Assembly (NCBI RefSeq): GCF_036971445.1 | Contig: NC_091472.1 | Location: forward strand, 59,210,001 to 59,274,000 | Length of the DNA stretch: 64,000 bases | Reading direction: 5' to 3' | From: Narcine bancroftii | Taxonomy: Eukaryota | Shown: positions 50,737 to 63,299 of the stretch, in pieces | Position numbering within the stretch: position 1 is the stretch's first letter | Layout: every line of letters starts with the position of its first letter | Made by a program: the position numbers and the translations under genes | Notes under the pieces: model-generated | Seen by the model: the letters and a program-made list of their open reading frames with translations, nothing else | Database searches by the model: none | Told to the model about the DNA's origin: nothing

Positions 50737-51230
50737 TCAAAGTTTAAATTTATTGTCAGAATACCCATATGATATCACATACAACTCTGAGATTCTTTTT
50801 CCTCCATGCCAGACAGAATTTCTAATTACTGGTAAACTGTACTCAAGAAGAAAGAAGTGTAAACAAAAGTAAGAAATGTAAATAAACTGATTGCAAATAC
50901 AGAAATATAAATATTCAATAATAAAAAATGTGCAAGATCCAAGTCCTAAATGAGTCTTTGAGTGTCCCTGTTGTTCAGGAGTCTGTTGGTTGAAGGGGTA
51001 GCAACTATTCCTGAACCTGTAGGTATGAGTCCTATGGCACCTGTACCTCCTTTCTGATGGCAGGAATGAGAACAGAGCATAGCCTAGATGGTGTGGATCG
51101 TTAATAATTGCTGCTGCCTTCCGATGGCAGTCTTTCTTGTAGATGTTCTCAAGGGTGGGGAGAGTTTTGCCTATGATGTTCTGGGCTGTGTCCACTAGCT
51201 TTTCCAAGGCTTTTTATTCAGAGGTATTGC
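50737..51230 (-). mobile_element. Rex1/Babar-type LINE 3' fragment
   Basis: LVDTAQNIIGKTLPTLENIY..KAAAIINDPHHLGYALFSFLPSERRYR..RFRNSCYP; same family as 35890-36755. Confidence 0.85.
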
Positions 51231-52429
51231 TCCACCCCCCCCTCCCCACCCCGCCTCCAGCAGGCAGAATTACCCAAGTTGGTTTCCAGCAGTTGATTGG
51301 GAAATGCTCAGAAAGGGGCCTTTTAAGTAACAATGAAACAGATTTCAAATTGTGAAGACTGCTTCTGCATTGGTAGTGAGGGTCTCACATGCTTTAATGA
51401 ATATAATGCTGGTACTATGCTATTTTCAAAATACTATGTAACTTGGCTTGTAAATTGTCAAATTACTCTCTCATTTCACTTTCTGTTGCAGTAATAAAAT
51501 AAGAAGACTTCACTAGGCAAGCATTATAACTACATTTTGATAAAGTAGCTGATGGAGTATAAAGCTGCCACACAAATTTAAATTTATAACTATGGTTGTT
51601 AACCAACATTGAAGACATCTGTAGAATAACTGTTCTTAGGCCCAAATCTGTTTGTTGATCCAATTAATGTTTGAATGCAATATGGAAAATGCCTCCCCAG
51701 AGTTATCTTTTGGCTGAAATAAACTGATCAATATAAAATTAGCATTAAAAATATTGTCCTTGTCATTGGAAGTACACTGATCATTTTTATTTGACCACGA
51801 GGACCATTGCTCAGGTAATTGCTGAGAATAATTATAGCAATCACCCGTTAACAATAGGGACAGTCTTGACATCTACCCTTCAGAGATTCTTTAGGTAAAG
51901 TTCCCCTGATTGGGAGAGATAAGCGTAAAAATGCTCTGGGTGACCTTTTATATTCTTAAAATGAATAAAAAATTAATTGTTCACCATAAAAAAACTGGTA
52001 ACTGGAACAGTTTGTCTAATAATCCAGTTTCGCTGAGGTAAGAATTTTGGTTGGATAGTTTATCCTGTATGTTGAAAAAAATAAAAGAAGCAATGTCTGC
52101 ACTCCAAGAAAACACAGAGTTTCTTGCAAAATAATTATTTACCATGGGGACCAGAGATAATGGAATTGGCACATTATAATGCACAAGCAAAGGGATTAAA
52201 ATGGCTGGAGGCCTATAATTGCAGTCTAAAATGTTGATCATATTGACTTGAAAGAGATAAATGTAATATCTGAGAACAAAATCTCTGGTGTGAATAAGAC
52301 TCATGAACTCAAAGTTTTCTGTCAAGAAAATAATATGTTTGTTATGCGATTTATAAATCAAAGAAAATAGGTATTTCATGAATGCTTTTAAGGCCATTGA
52401 ATTGAGAGTAAAATAACACAGAAGTATAT

Positions 52430-52690
52430 TTGGGGACAGGAGTGACTCTAGTTGCTGAAATCTAGACCAAAAGAAAACAAAATGCTGGAGGAATTTAGTG
52501 GGTCGAGCAGCATCTGTAGAGGCAAAAGAATTGTCGACATTTTGGGGTGCATCCCTGCATCTGCACTGAGAGTGAAGAGGGAGGAGAGCCAAAATAAAGA
52601 GAGGGGGAGGGAAAACAACAGGCAATTGGTGATAGACAGACTGAGGGAGGTTGAAAGATGATGGATGGATGGAATCAGGTGAGGAATGAT
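52430..52690 (-). mobile_element. Penelope-like 3' terminal fragment
   Basis: aaatgctggaggaatttagtgggtcgagcagcatctgt..gtcgacattt..ccctgcatc, then purine-rich tract. Confidence 0.65.
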
Positions 52691-53579
52691 ACTTAAAGCA
52701 TGAATATGTTGGTTAAATATAACTTCAGTCCAAGTATTAAAAGAATAATGAATAATTTAGCACAATAATCTTTATGGAAAACATATACACAAAATATTTA
52801 TACTGTATTATATGTTTCATAAATTCAATTTTCATTAAAAAACAGAGCTATATTTATTCAGCCAGGCAGTTTTGCTAAATTAACTCATCCTTATTTTGCT
52901 GCTGCTGGGGTCTCCATTCTAAACAATGCGCATCATTATCTTAGTTCTGGTCTTTAAAATAATTGTTTCTAATCCCACTGATGAGCTAAAGCGTCAAGAT
53001 CTTTCAAGCCAAAAACAAAAACACTGAACTTGCCCTAAGAAATAATAAGATAATTAGAAATCACTTTTTATAATCTGGGAACAATATCTGGAGAATACAT
53101 ATGTATTTTTAAAGACAGAAATCAATAAATTATTGTCAATGCCTCCTTGCTTCTCCATAAGGTAGTTGTTTTGTAATCAAAGAGAACTCAATGAAAGGAC
53201 AAAAAAAGTTTGTGAACCAGTGTTGCATTGATATCTCCTAAGAATATTAAGCAAGTTTTCGATGTACCATTTTTCCTTCATTAGTCTAAGATGGACCCTA
53301 ACCAAGCTTGTGATTTATACACTATTCTCTATTGAAAATTACACACCTGTATCTATTTAAGTTGTTTTAATTTTAAATTACATTTTATGAGATTTTTCAC
53401 TTCTAGATTAACTTCACGAATATATTCCAATTGTTATTATGCATACGATAAGATGTTTAGAAAATTAAATGTTTTTCTTTTTACATACTGGCATTCTATC
53501 TGTAAAATAGTTGTTTATTCACCTTGGTAGCATCTCTGATGTAACATGACTTTAGATTACCTCGAATGTAACACCTGTC

Positions 53580-54150
53580 ATCAAGCACAACTGAGAAATG
53601 TGAGATTCTTGGCAAAGAGCTCACCAGATCTTTGCGCTTATTACTTCCTCAAATAATTCCAGCAGATTTGTCAGACAAGGTCTCTGAAGGAAACCATGCT
53701 GATTTCAGCCTATCTTATATTTTTTCAGGTACCCTGAAACTTTATCCTTAATATTGTACTCTAAAATTTTACCAACCACTGAGGCCTTTTTTTCCTTCTC
53801 TCTTCTTAGAGAGTGGAGTGATGTTTGCAAATTTTTAGACCTTTGTAATTATTCCTGCGCTCTGGCAACTCTAAGAAGATCACAACTAAGCATTCGCAAT
53901 CTCTTCACCTGCCTATTTCAGAACCTGGTACATAGTCCATCCGGTCCAGGTGATTTCTCCATCCTTGGCTCCTTCAGCTTCCGAAGTACCTTCTCCTTAG
54001 TAATAGAGGCCACACTTACTTCTGCCCCCCCCCCCCAACTATCTCAAATTTCTGTTAAAAATCGCTGTTGTCTTCCACAGTAAAGAGTGACACAAAATAT
54101 TTATACTGTTCATCTGCCATTTCTTTTGCCGCATTACCACTTCTGCTATT
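53580..54150 (-). mobile_element. CR1 LINE RT fragment
   Basis: aaaccatgctga; agtccatccggtccaggtgattt (antisense of KSPGPDG); ttctgccatttc. Confidence 0.65.
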
Positions 54151-54158
54151 TTCGTACA

Positions 54159-56921
54159 TCAGGCACAGAGTCTACCGGATGGTCTGGGCCTGCCAGACAA
54201 ACGGAGAAGACATGGACATCCTGAAAGATCAGTACAAGGTATAGGTGAATGAAGTCTATGCAAGGCATGTACTCCACTCATGCAGGCAGCAACCCGGGCA
54301 GCCCAAGTCATTGTAATGAAGAGTGATGAGAAACACCAGATGGTCATAGACTATTCCCAGACCATCAACAGGTTCACATGGCTTGACACATACCCCCCTC
54401 CCCTGCATATCTGATATGGTGAACCAGATCACCCAGTACAGGGTGTTCTCAACCATAGACTTTAAGTCTGCTTATCACCAGCTCCCCATCTGCCCAGAGG
54501 ACCGGCAGTACACTGCTTTCAAGGCAGATTGTCGACTGTACCACTTCCTGAGAGTCCCTTTTGGGTCACAAATGGGGTTTCTGTTTTTCAAAGGGAAATG
54601 GATCAGATGGTGGTCAAACATGGTCTGCGAGCCACTTTCCCAATCCTCGATAACGTCGTCATCTGCGACCATGACCAGCAGGACCATGATGAGAAGCTCC
54701 AAAAATTCCTCCACGCTATGAAACACATCAACCTGATGTGTAACACAGGGAAGTGTGTCTTCAGTACACATCACCTGGCTATTCTAGGCTGCATTGTGGA
54801 GAATGGAGTCATCAGCCCCGACCCTGACTGCATGCTCCCACTGTTAGAACTCCCACTCCTCCACTGCTCCAACGCCCTGAAAAGGTGCGTGGGGCTTTTA
54901 TCCTATTATACCCTGTGGGTTCCCAGGTATGCGGAGAAGGCCTGTCCCCTCATCAGGGCCACCGTTTTCCCCCTATCAGCAGAAGCCTGTGAGGCATTTG
55001 ACCTTATCGATGCCATCATTGCAAAGGCCACGATGCACGCAGTGGGACAAATCCATCCTGTTCCAGGAGGAGAGAGACGCATTGGACATTTCCCTGGCCG
55101 CCACACTTAACATACCGTTTTTTTGCACACACCCTCCAGGGCCCCAAGATCCAGCACTCCTCCACTGAGAAAGAGGCCCAGGCTATCATTGAAGCAGTAT
55201 GGCATTGGAGGCATTATGTTGCCAGTAAGCATTTTACCCTGCTGACTGGCCAACAGGCCTTCATGTTCAACAACTGGCAGCAGGGTAAAATCAATAATGA
55301 CAAAATCCTGAGGTGGAGGATTGAGCTCTCCATCTACAATTATGACAAACTGTACTGGCCCGAAAAGCTCAACAAGCCCCCTGACACCCTGTCTCAAGGG
55401 ACATGTGCCAGTGCGCAGATGGACCGGTTGCAACCACTGCATGTCAGCCTCTCCCAGCCCAGGTCACTCTTTTTTTTTCACTTCATCAAGGCCCATAATC
55501 TCCCCTACTCCATCGAAGACATCAGGATGCTGACCAAAAATTGCCAAGTTTGCGAAGAGTGAAAACTGCACTTCTACCAGCCTGACCAGTCACACCTGAT
55601 CTGAGCAAAGGATCCTTTGATCTGAGCATGGCCAGTGAGAGCAGGGTCCCCCTTGCACTTCAGGGCCTCAGTTCCCTACCCCCACCATCCCAGCCAACCC
55701 GGCAGCCAACACACATGCTCCTACCCTCCTGGTTCAACCAAGTAACCCATCAAAGGATCCCTGCTCTCTACAAACTGCAATATTATTGATGAGTGCTCAC
55801 GGTTCCTCTTTGCCATCCCCTGCCCAGACATGACAGCAGCTACCGTCTTTAAGGTTCACCATTTTTGGATATCCCTGCTCTGTGCACAGTGATAGGGGTT
55901 CATCCTTCATTAGTGACAAGCTGCATCAATATTTGCTGTCCAAGGGTATTGCCTCTAGCTGGACTATCAGCTGTAACCCAAAGGGAATAGCCAGGTGGTG
56001 CAGAAGAACAGCGAGGTCTGGAAGGTAGTACTACTGTCCTTAAAGTACAAGGGCCTCCCCATCCCCCACTGGCAAGAATTCCTCCCAGAGGCCCTCCACA
56101 CTATCCAGTCACTCCTGTGTAAGGCCACCAATGAAACACCTCACGAGAGATTCTTTACATTCCCCAAGAGATCGGTGTCAGGAACTACCTCACCCGCCTG
56201 GCTGATGTTCCCTAGGCCCACCCTACTTTACAAGCATGTGAGGACCCAAATATCCAACCTTCTGGTTAAGAGGGTCCAGCTGCTCCATGCTAACTCACAG
56301 TACACCTATATAGCATTCTCGGATGGACGCGAGGACACAGTATCCATCCTGGACCTGACACACGTAGGAGTCTGGACACCCCCCCCCCCAACCAGCCGAC
56401 AGGCATGCCCCCCCCAGCACTTCAGGGCCTCAGTTCCCTACCCCCACCATCCCAGCCAACCCGGCAGCTGACACACATGCTCCTACCCTCCTGGTTCAAC
56501 CAAGTACCCCAGTTGGGCTAACCAAGATGGAACAGCCAGAGCTGATGGAGACCACCACAGAACCCAGATGGGGGCACACTGGTCACAACGCCAAAGGAAG
56601 CTGCTGGACAGACTGAACTTGAGGTCACCTGACTGCAACATACATCTCCCCCCCCCCACCCTTTTTAAAAGAAGGGGTGAATGTGGTGAAACCACTATTG
56701 TGTATGTAAATGATATGACCTTTTATGTTTGACCCTGCTCTCACTGGCCAACTCATTACTCCTCCCCTTTATCCCCCATAAAGGCTGTCATGCCATAATC
56801 CTACCCCCAGTTCGAGTCCAGGTCAGTGTGAGCCAGCAACACAAGGGATGCCGTCCATCTCTTGCTAATAAAAGTCTTCAATTCCAGTAACTTCATTCAT
56901 TGCATAATTGATCATGCATCA
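54159..56921 (+). mobile_element. 5'-truncated Ty3/Gypsy element: RT-RNaseH-IN, PPT and 3' LTR (56682-56921)
   Basis: YRVFSTIDFKSAYHQLPI..YHFLRVPFG; PILDNVVIC; NDKILRWRIEL; HSDRGSSF; ATNETPHERFF; PPT aaaagaaggggtgaa then TGTGGTG..GCATCA. Confidence 0.9.
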
Positions 56922-59900
56922 AGCGTGTAGGCTGTGAGCTCAGAGAGGAGAGAAGACTGACCGTACAGGCGCGAGTGACGTCAGCAGGGTTCGGGTGCCA
57001 GGTTTGAAAAGGTAAGCTCCTTTCCATTTACTTGAATTGCTGTGTGAGGAGGCAGTGAGAGATTAATTGACAAGGGGTGTGTTCAATTGAGACAATTGAT
57101 TAGGGCTAGAAAGCAATTGAGTTAATAGATTAGAGAGTAATAAAAGGAGCGACAGCCATTAGACCAGCCAGGGATGTTGTGGCTCTGTTGAGCAGTGACT
57201 GTGGAAGAGCTTTCCCCTTCCTCCTCATAAGGTGAGGGTGGTATTTCTTTAATTAATTGTGGTTACTGCAAGAATTAAGTTATGGAGCCAGAAGTTAGGG
57301 CAGTCCAATGTTCTGATTGCAAGATGTAGGAAGACAGGGGCAGCACCAGTGTCCCTGATGACTGCCTCCTGCAAGAGGTGCATTTTACTGCAACTCCTTG
57401 GCTGAGTTAGGGAATTGGAGCTGGATGAACTCAGGATCATTTGGGAAGCGGTGATTGTGATAGATAGGAGCTTCAGGGAGGCAGTCACCCACCCCCCCCC
57501 CCCTCAAGTGTAGGGAGGAAGGCAGCTGGGTGACTGTCAGGAGAGTCGGGGGAAAGAGGTAATGAGAGAGAGCAGGGTAGCCCTGTGGCTGTTCCTGTTA
57601 ACAATAGATATGCTGTTTTGCTTACTCTTGATGGGGATGACCTACTGGGGAAAAGTTGTAGTGGTTGAGACTCTGAGACTGGGACTGGACCCTCAGGTCA
57701 GGAGGGAAGGGAGGAATGCAGTTGTGATAGGAGATTTGATAGTTAGCGGGAGGTTCTGGGCGAGAGATTGATTATCCCAAATGGTTTGTTGCCTTCCTGG
57801 TGCTGAAGTCTGTGATATCTTGGATCATGTGCTCCTGATTCTCAACAACCACATGTCATAATCCATGTATGGACTAATGATGGGGGCAGGAAGGGTGAGG
57901 AGGTCCTGATAGGAGAGTTCAGGGAGCTAGGAGCAAAGTTGAAGATGACCTCCAGAGTTTCAGACTCAGGATTGCTACCTGTGCCATGTGCTAGTGAGGC
58001 AGGATATGCAAAGATAATCCAGTTTTTCATGTGGCTAAGGAGATGGTGCAGGAGGAAAGGCTTTGGGTTTCTGGATCCTTGGGCTCTCTTCCAGGGAAGG
58101 TGGGACCTGTTCCAGTGGGATAGCTTGCACTGAACTGGAGGGGGACAAACATTCTTGTAGGTAGTTTTGCTAGTGCTGCTTTGGGTAGTTTAAACTAGAT
58201 TTTCAGGGGGAGGGGAACCAGAGTGTTAGAGCAGAAAGTAAGGTAGAGGAAAATGAGAGTCCTTCAAGGACTGCATATAAAGACCAGGTTGTTCAGGAAT
58301 GAAATGGTCTCACATACATCTACTTCAATGTGAGTAGTACTGTCAGTAAGGCAGATAAGCTTAAAGTGAGGATTGCCACATGGAATTATGATATTATTGC
58401 TATTAGTGAGACTTGGTTGCTGGAGAAACAGGATTGGCAGCTCAATGTTCCAGGGTTCTGTTGTTTCAGATGGGATAGAGGGCAAGGGAGGAAAGGAGTG
58501 GGTCTGGCATCGCTAGTCAGGGAAAATATCACAGCTGTACATAGACAGGACAGCATGGAGGACTAGCCTACAGAGGCTATATGGGTGGAGCTGAGGAACT
58601 GGAAGAGCATAGGCATATTAATAGGGCTGTTTTACAGACTGCCCAATAGTCCAAGAATTGGAGCAACAAATCTGTAGGGAGAGAGAAGTCCAGTGTAAGA
58701 AACAAATAGATGTGATGGAAGGAGATTTTACCTTTCTGCACATAGACTGGGACACTCGTAAGGTAAAGGGGCTGGATGGGTTGGAGTCTGATGTAGAAAA
58801 CCTTCCTGTAAACATTTTTCAATATGTAGTGATACCAACAAAAAAAATGCAATACTTGATCGTTTAGAGAACCAGGCAGGTCAGGTAGCAGAAGTGTGTG
58901 CAGGTGAGCATTTTGGGTCCAGTGACTGTAAGCTGTTTCAAGTTAATTGTAGAGAAGGATAGATCTAGTCCTAGAGTTGAGATTCTGAATTAGAGAAAGG
59001 CCAATTATGAGGAAGGATCTCGGAAGAGCCAATTAGAATGTTATTTTCTGGCAAAAATGCATCTAGCAGGTGGAAGGCCTTCAAGGATGAAATTTTGAGA
59101 ATACAGAGATTGTATGTTCCTACCAGGAATAAGGGCAAAGTTAACAGACATGGTAGAACCTTGACTTTCAAGGTATATTGAAGAGCTGGTTAAGAAAAGG
59201 AGGGGGGGGGGGGGAATATACAGCATAGACAACAAGAAGCAAATGAGCTACTTGCAGAGTATAGAAAATGTAAGAGAGTGCTTAAAGAAATTGGAAAGGC
59301 AAAAAAAAAAATCTGAAGTTGCTTTGGCAGATAATGTGAAAGAAAATCCAAAAGGTTTCTACAAGTATATTAAAAGTAAAAGGATAGTAAGGGACAAAAT
59401 TGGACCACTTAATTGACGACTGATTTTTTTTTAATGTCTGGAGCCTTGCAAAATGGGAGAAAACTTGAACAATGTTTTTACATCTGTATTTACACAGGAA
59501 ACTGGCATAGTGAATAAGGATGGAAGGGAAACAAATAGAAGTGTCATGGAACATATGGAGTTTAAGGAGAAGGAGGTGCTTGCTGTCTTGCAATGAAGAA
59601 AGGTAGACAAATCCCTGAACTGGATATGATGTTCCCCTGCACCTTGAGGGAGACAAATGTTGAAATTGCAGGGCCCCTGGTGAATATATTCAAAATGTCC
59701 CCAGTTACAGGGGAGGAGCCAGAGGATTGGAGAGTAACTCCTGTTGTTCTGCTATTAAAGGGTTCCAAAAGTAAACCAGGCAATTACAGACCAGTGAGCC
59801 TGGCATCAGTAGTATGTAAATTTATTGGAAGGATTTCTGAGAGATGGGATGTATAGGTATTTAGACTGTCATCAGTTGATCAAGGACAGTCACCTTGGGT

Positions 59901-60410
59901 TTGTGCATGATAGGGCATGTTTAACAAATCTTGTAGCATTTTTTTTTGAGAAAGTTACCAAGAAGGTTGATGAGGGAAAGTCTTTGGAAGTTGTTCATAT
60001 GGACTTTACTAAAGCCTTTGACAAGGTTCCACAGGATGTTGGGATACTCAGTATACATAGTTTACAAACTGGATTCAAAATTGGCTTGGTGGAAGAAAGC
60101 TATGCTGGTGGATGATGGTTGCTTCTTATATGAAGGTCTGTGCTTCAGGGATTTGTTGGGGCCATTATTGTTTATCTATATAAATGACCTAGATGATAAT
60201 GTGGTGAATTGAATCAGCAAGTTTACTGATGATGCAAATATAGGAGGCGTAGTGGACTGTGAGGAAGATTTTCAAAGCTTACAGAGGGATATGGACCAGC
60301 TGGGAAATTGGGCCAGTAAATGGCTGGTGGAATATCATGCAGAGAAGTGCAAATCAGGGTCGGACATGGATGAATGCAGAGGACCAAAGAGCTCTTGGAA
60401 TACATGTACA
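56922..60410 (+). mobile_element. Near full-length decayed CR1 LINE (5' UTR, ORF1 zinc finger and SGNH esterase, ORF2 APE-RT), 3'-truncated
   Basis: ORF1: CSDCKM..CKRC, AVVIGDLIV, IHVWTND, DSLH; ORF2: YDIIAISETWL, MEGDF, KPGNYRPVSLASVVCK, MDFTKAFDKVP, IYINDLD. Confidence 0.9.
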
Positions 60411-60429
60411 TTACAGAATTCTTTTTCTC

Positions 60430-61150
60430 TCATTGGTAGGGCTGCCATCTGATGTAGTGGGGTGGGGGAAGCAAACTAGACGACTGGTTTGTAGAGCAAC
60501 TACACTGGAACTAAAATGGCCACTGAATTCCTGGTTGCATTTCCCTTCCCATTCCCACACCAAGCTCTCTGTCCTCGTCCTTAAATATCAGATTGAGGCC
60601 CACTATAAATTAGAGAAACTACAACTTGTATTCTGTCTAGTAATCTACAACCCAATAGTCGATCCTTGTTAGCTATAACAGTTGATCTTTATTTCTAGTG
60701 TTCCCCTCTTTTTCATTCCAGTCTGTCTTGTCTCTTCACCCATTTTCATTCCCTTCCCCTGTCTTTGCCTATCTCCTGCAGATTTCACTCACCATATCAC
60801 CTCCCAGTCTAGTTCCCTGGGCCATTCATCTCCCCTTTAATGGTTCCCATTATCATCTTCTTTACACCAGATGCCATAACTTGACCCTTTGTGTACCTCT
60901 CTTCTCCCACCTGATTCCATCTACCTATTCCACTTATTACCTCCTTCTCCCAACTCCAACCTTCCACCTCTTCAACTGGTTTCCTCTGTTTGCTATCCAC
61001 CATGGCTCGGTCCACAACTTGTTCCTGCACCTGTCTTTCCATTTTATACAACTACCTTACTTCTCTAGTCTCAAACCTGATGCAGGGCCTGCACTCAAAT
61101 TAACAGTTCCTTTCCACTCCAAGATGCTGCAACAATTTGATCTTGCCACT
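60430..61150 (+). mobile_element. Penelope-like 3' end (GIY-YIG C-terminus and UTR)
   Basis: HFPSHSHTKLSVLVLKYQIEAHYKLEKLQLVFCL; pyrimidine-rich UTR; cctgatgcaggg near 61076. Confidence 0.7.
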
Positions 61151-62353
61151 TTTTTTAATAGCTAGAGTTAACTTGATTTTGTTTCATTGAGATTTGCATC
61201 TCTAAAGAAGAGTTTGCATCTGAAATGCTGACTGTCTATTTTCTCTACTAATGCTAATTGACCTATTTTTCCATCTTGGTCCATTTCTGTTTTTTCAATT
61301 ATTATTTTAATTTGTATTTTCCATGTAGTTATGATTTCCTTCATTGTTATTCTTTTTATCTTGATCTACACACATCATTTTCCTCGAAGGCATAGCTCAA
61401 AAATAGTCTGAAATGCAGTTAGTCAGTTTGCATCAGCAACCTGGGAAACTTCCAAATATCATGAGCCACTTTCTTGTATATCCACAACATTTCTGGCTTG
61501 TGTAACATGTGTTGGAAGTTACAGTTTTCTTGAGAGCCAACAATTCATCCTTGAGTCAGGAATCATTTGGCTGCTTTATCAATAAATTGGAGGCTTTGGG
61601 AGGGGATCCAAAGCACTGGGGTGAAAATTGCAGTGAAGTTTTTGCTTGTTTATATTTAATGTTGATGCAAAGTCAGCCAAACCAATGCAAAAGCCAGGTA
61701 GCTAAAAAACAAAAATCATGCATAGAAACCATAGTATTTCTTTAAACTTTCTTTCTTGTGGTTCATTTTCCCTAGATCAATGCCTGTTCCTCAATCAACA
61801 TTATGAAATGTCATTTTACTCTGTTTTGGGCTATATTTGCTTTCTTAGGTACACAGGGTACCTGCAGAAATGTTTCAAAGCTTTCTTGAAGTATCTGGCT
61901 GGTGTGCACCAATCATACTTGAAAATGGTTCTGTTTAAAGACATTTTCAGATGTTGCTAATTAATGTTCAAAATATCTAGACATTTGTGAAGTGTTTTGT
62001 TCAGTAAACTTTTCAGCTCGAGTAAGAAAACTTGATTAACCTGATGATATGAATAAACAATTATCCTGAATGTACGTGATTATACAAGTTCCTGATAGAC
62101 TTTCTAATTACAATTAATATGACATAAATTAATCATATACTAAAATCTATTTGTTGTATTTTATTGACATCTTATTAAGGGCAGTAACATTTAAAATAAA
62201 TGCATAATTCCTCCTGTTTCAGTAATCCTGGAAGTGAAGACCTCTGATTATTACCGAAAACTAAACCATCCTTAAGATCCTCAACCATCCAACAATTGTA
62301 TCAGGAGGAACTATTGCTCACTTCACTTTTACAAAGTAAAAGGCAAATATTTT

Positions 62354-62606
62354 TGTGGGGGTGAACCAGCCCTGTCTGCACCGCCGCGGGGCAGCCACAA
62401 GAAGATGGTGCCGTTGGGGGACCTCATTGCCTTGTGGCTTTAACCCAGCACGAGCCCAGGGCACCAGTTATGACATCACCGCTCACGCGGGGGGTAGAGC
62501 TCGCGCTGCCCTTAAAAAGGGGTGCACGTGGGATTTGAAATAAACATTCGTTGAGAACCCCCATCGAGGTGGCTGAGAGTCTTTTGCTTGGTAGCTGCCT
62601 GCTACA
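62354..62606 (+). mobile_element. Solo LTR (~253 bp)
   Basis: TGTGGG...GCTACA; GC/CpG-rich; cttaaaa then AATAAA; flanks tttt / cttt. Confidence 0.75.
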
Positions 62607-62859
62607 CTTTGTACTTTTATAGTTTTCATAAGGATTCTCCTATCTTGTACTGTGTGGAGATTTGGGGAATTTTCCTGACTTTTTACATTTCAGATTCTCA
62701 ATAATGTCCAATCTCAAAGATCAACCTACCTAATTATTAACTCTATACTGAAGTATTCCCAAAGTGCACTAGCTTCTAGGATGTCCTTTGCAATGTGCTT
62801 AACTCAAAACATGTGTTTAAATACAATATTCAGTTATTCAACATTGTGCAATAGAAAGA

Positions 62860-63053
62860 CTGATGAACTCATTCGAGCTCTCCTGACTCCACCATGCATT
62901 TATATTTTAATATTTGTATATACGTCCTCTACATGTGTATCGTTTGCCTGTGTGCGCTATGTCTGTATGTGTGTTGGCAGGGTTTTGCACTGAGGACTGG
63001 AAAACACTTTTGTTGGGTTGTACTTGCACCATTGGATGATAAATAAACTTGAA
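62860..63053 (+). mobile_element. Rex1-type LINE 3' UTR
   Basis: ttttgcactgaggactgg..gggttgtacttg..gatgataaataaacttgaac tail. Confidence 0.55.
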
Positions 63054-63299
63054 CAGTAAGATCACCAGTGTAGTAGTTGCAAAATTATTACCTTGGCTTG
63101 GGAAAGACTGGTTGTTGGTTAATTTTAATGTAGCTTTTTAGTGAAATTTGGGTCTTGCTTGTGTGGGGATTATTTTCAATATTCTCTTCCTTTTACACAT
63201 TCTTCCCTCTATGCATCTTTACCACATCAGATTCTAACATTTTTACTTTGTATTCTTTCCAGTCTTGATGAGATGAGATGCCTACTTCAGCACTTTAAA

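Noticed and set aside
51981-52625. 214-aa minus-strand ORF
   Set aside because: Starts within a PLE terminus and runs through AT-rich DNA with F/L/I-biased composition; no recognisable domain.
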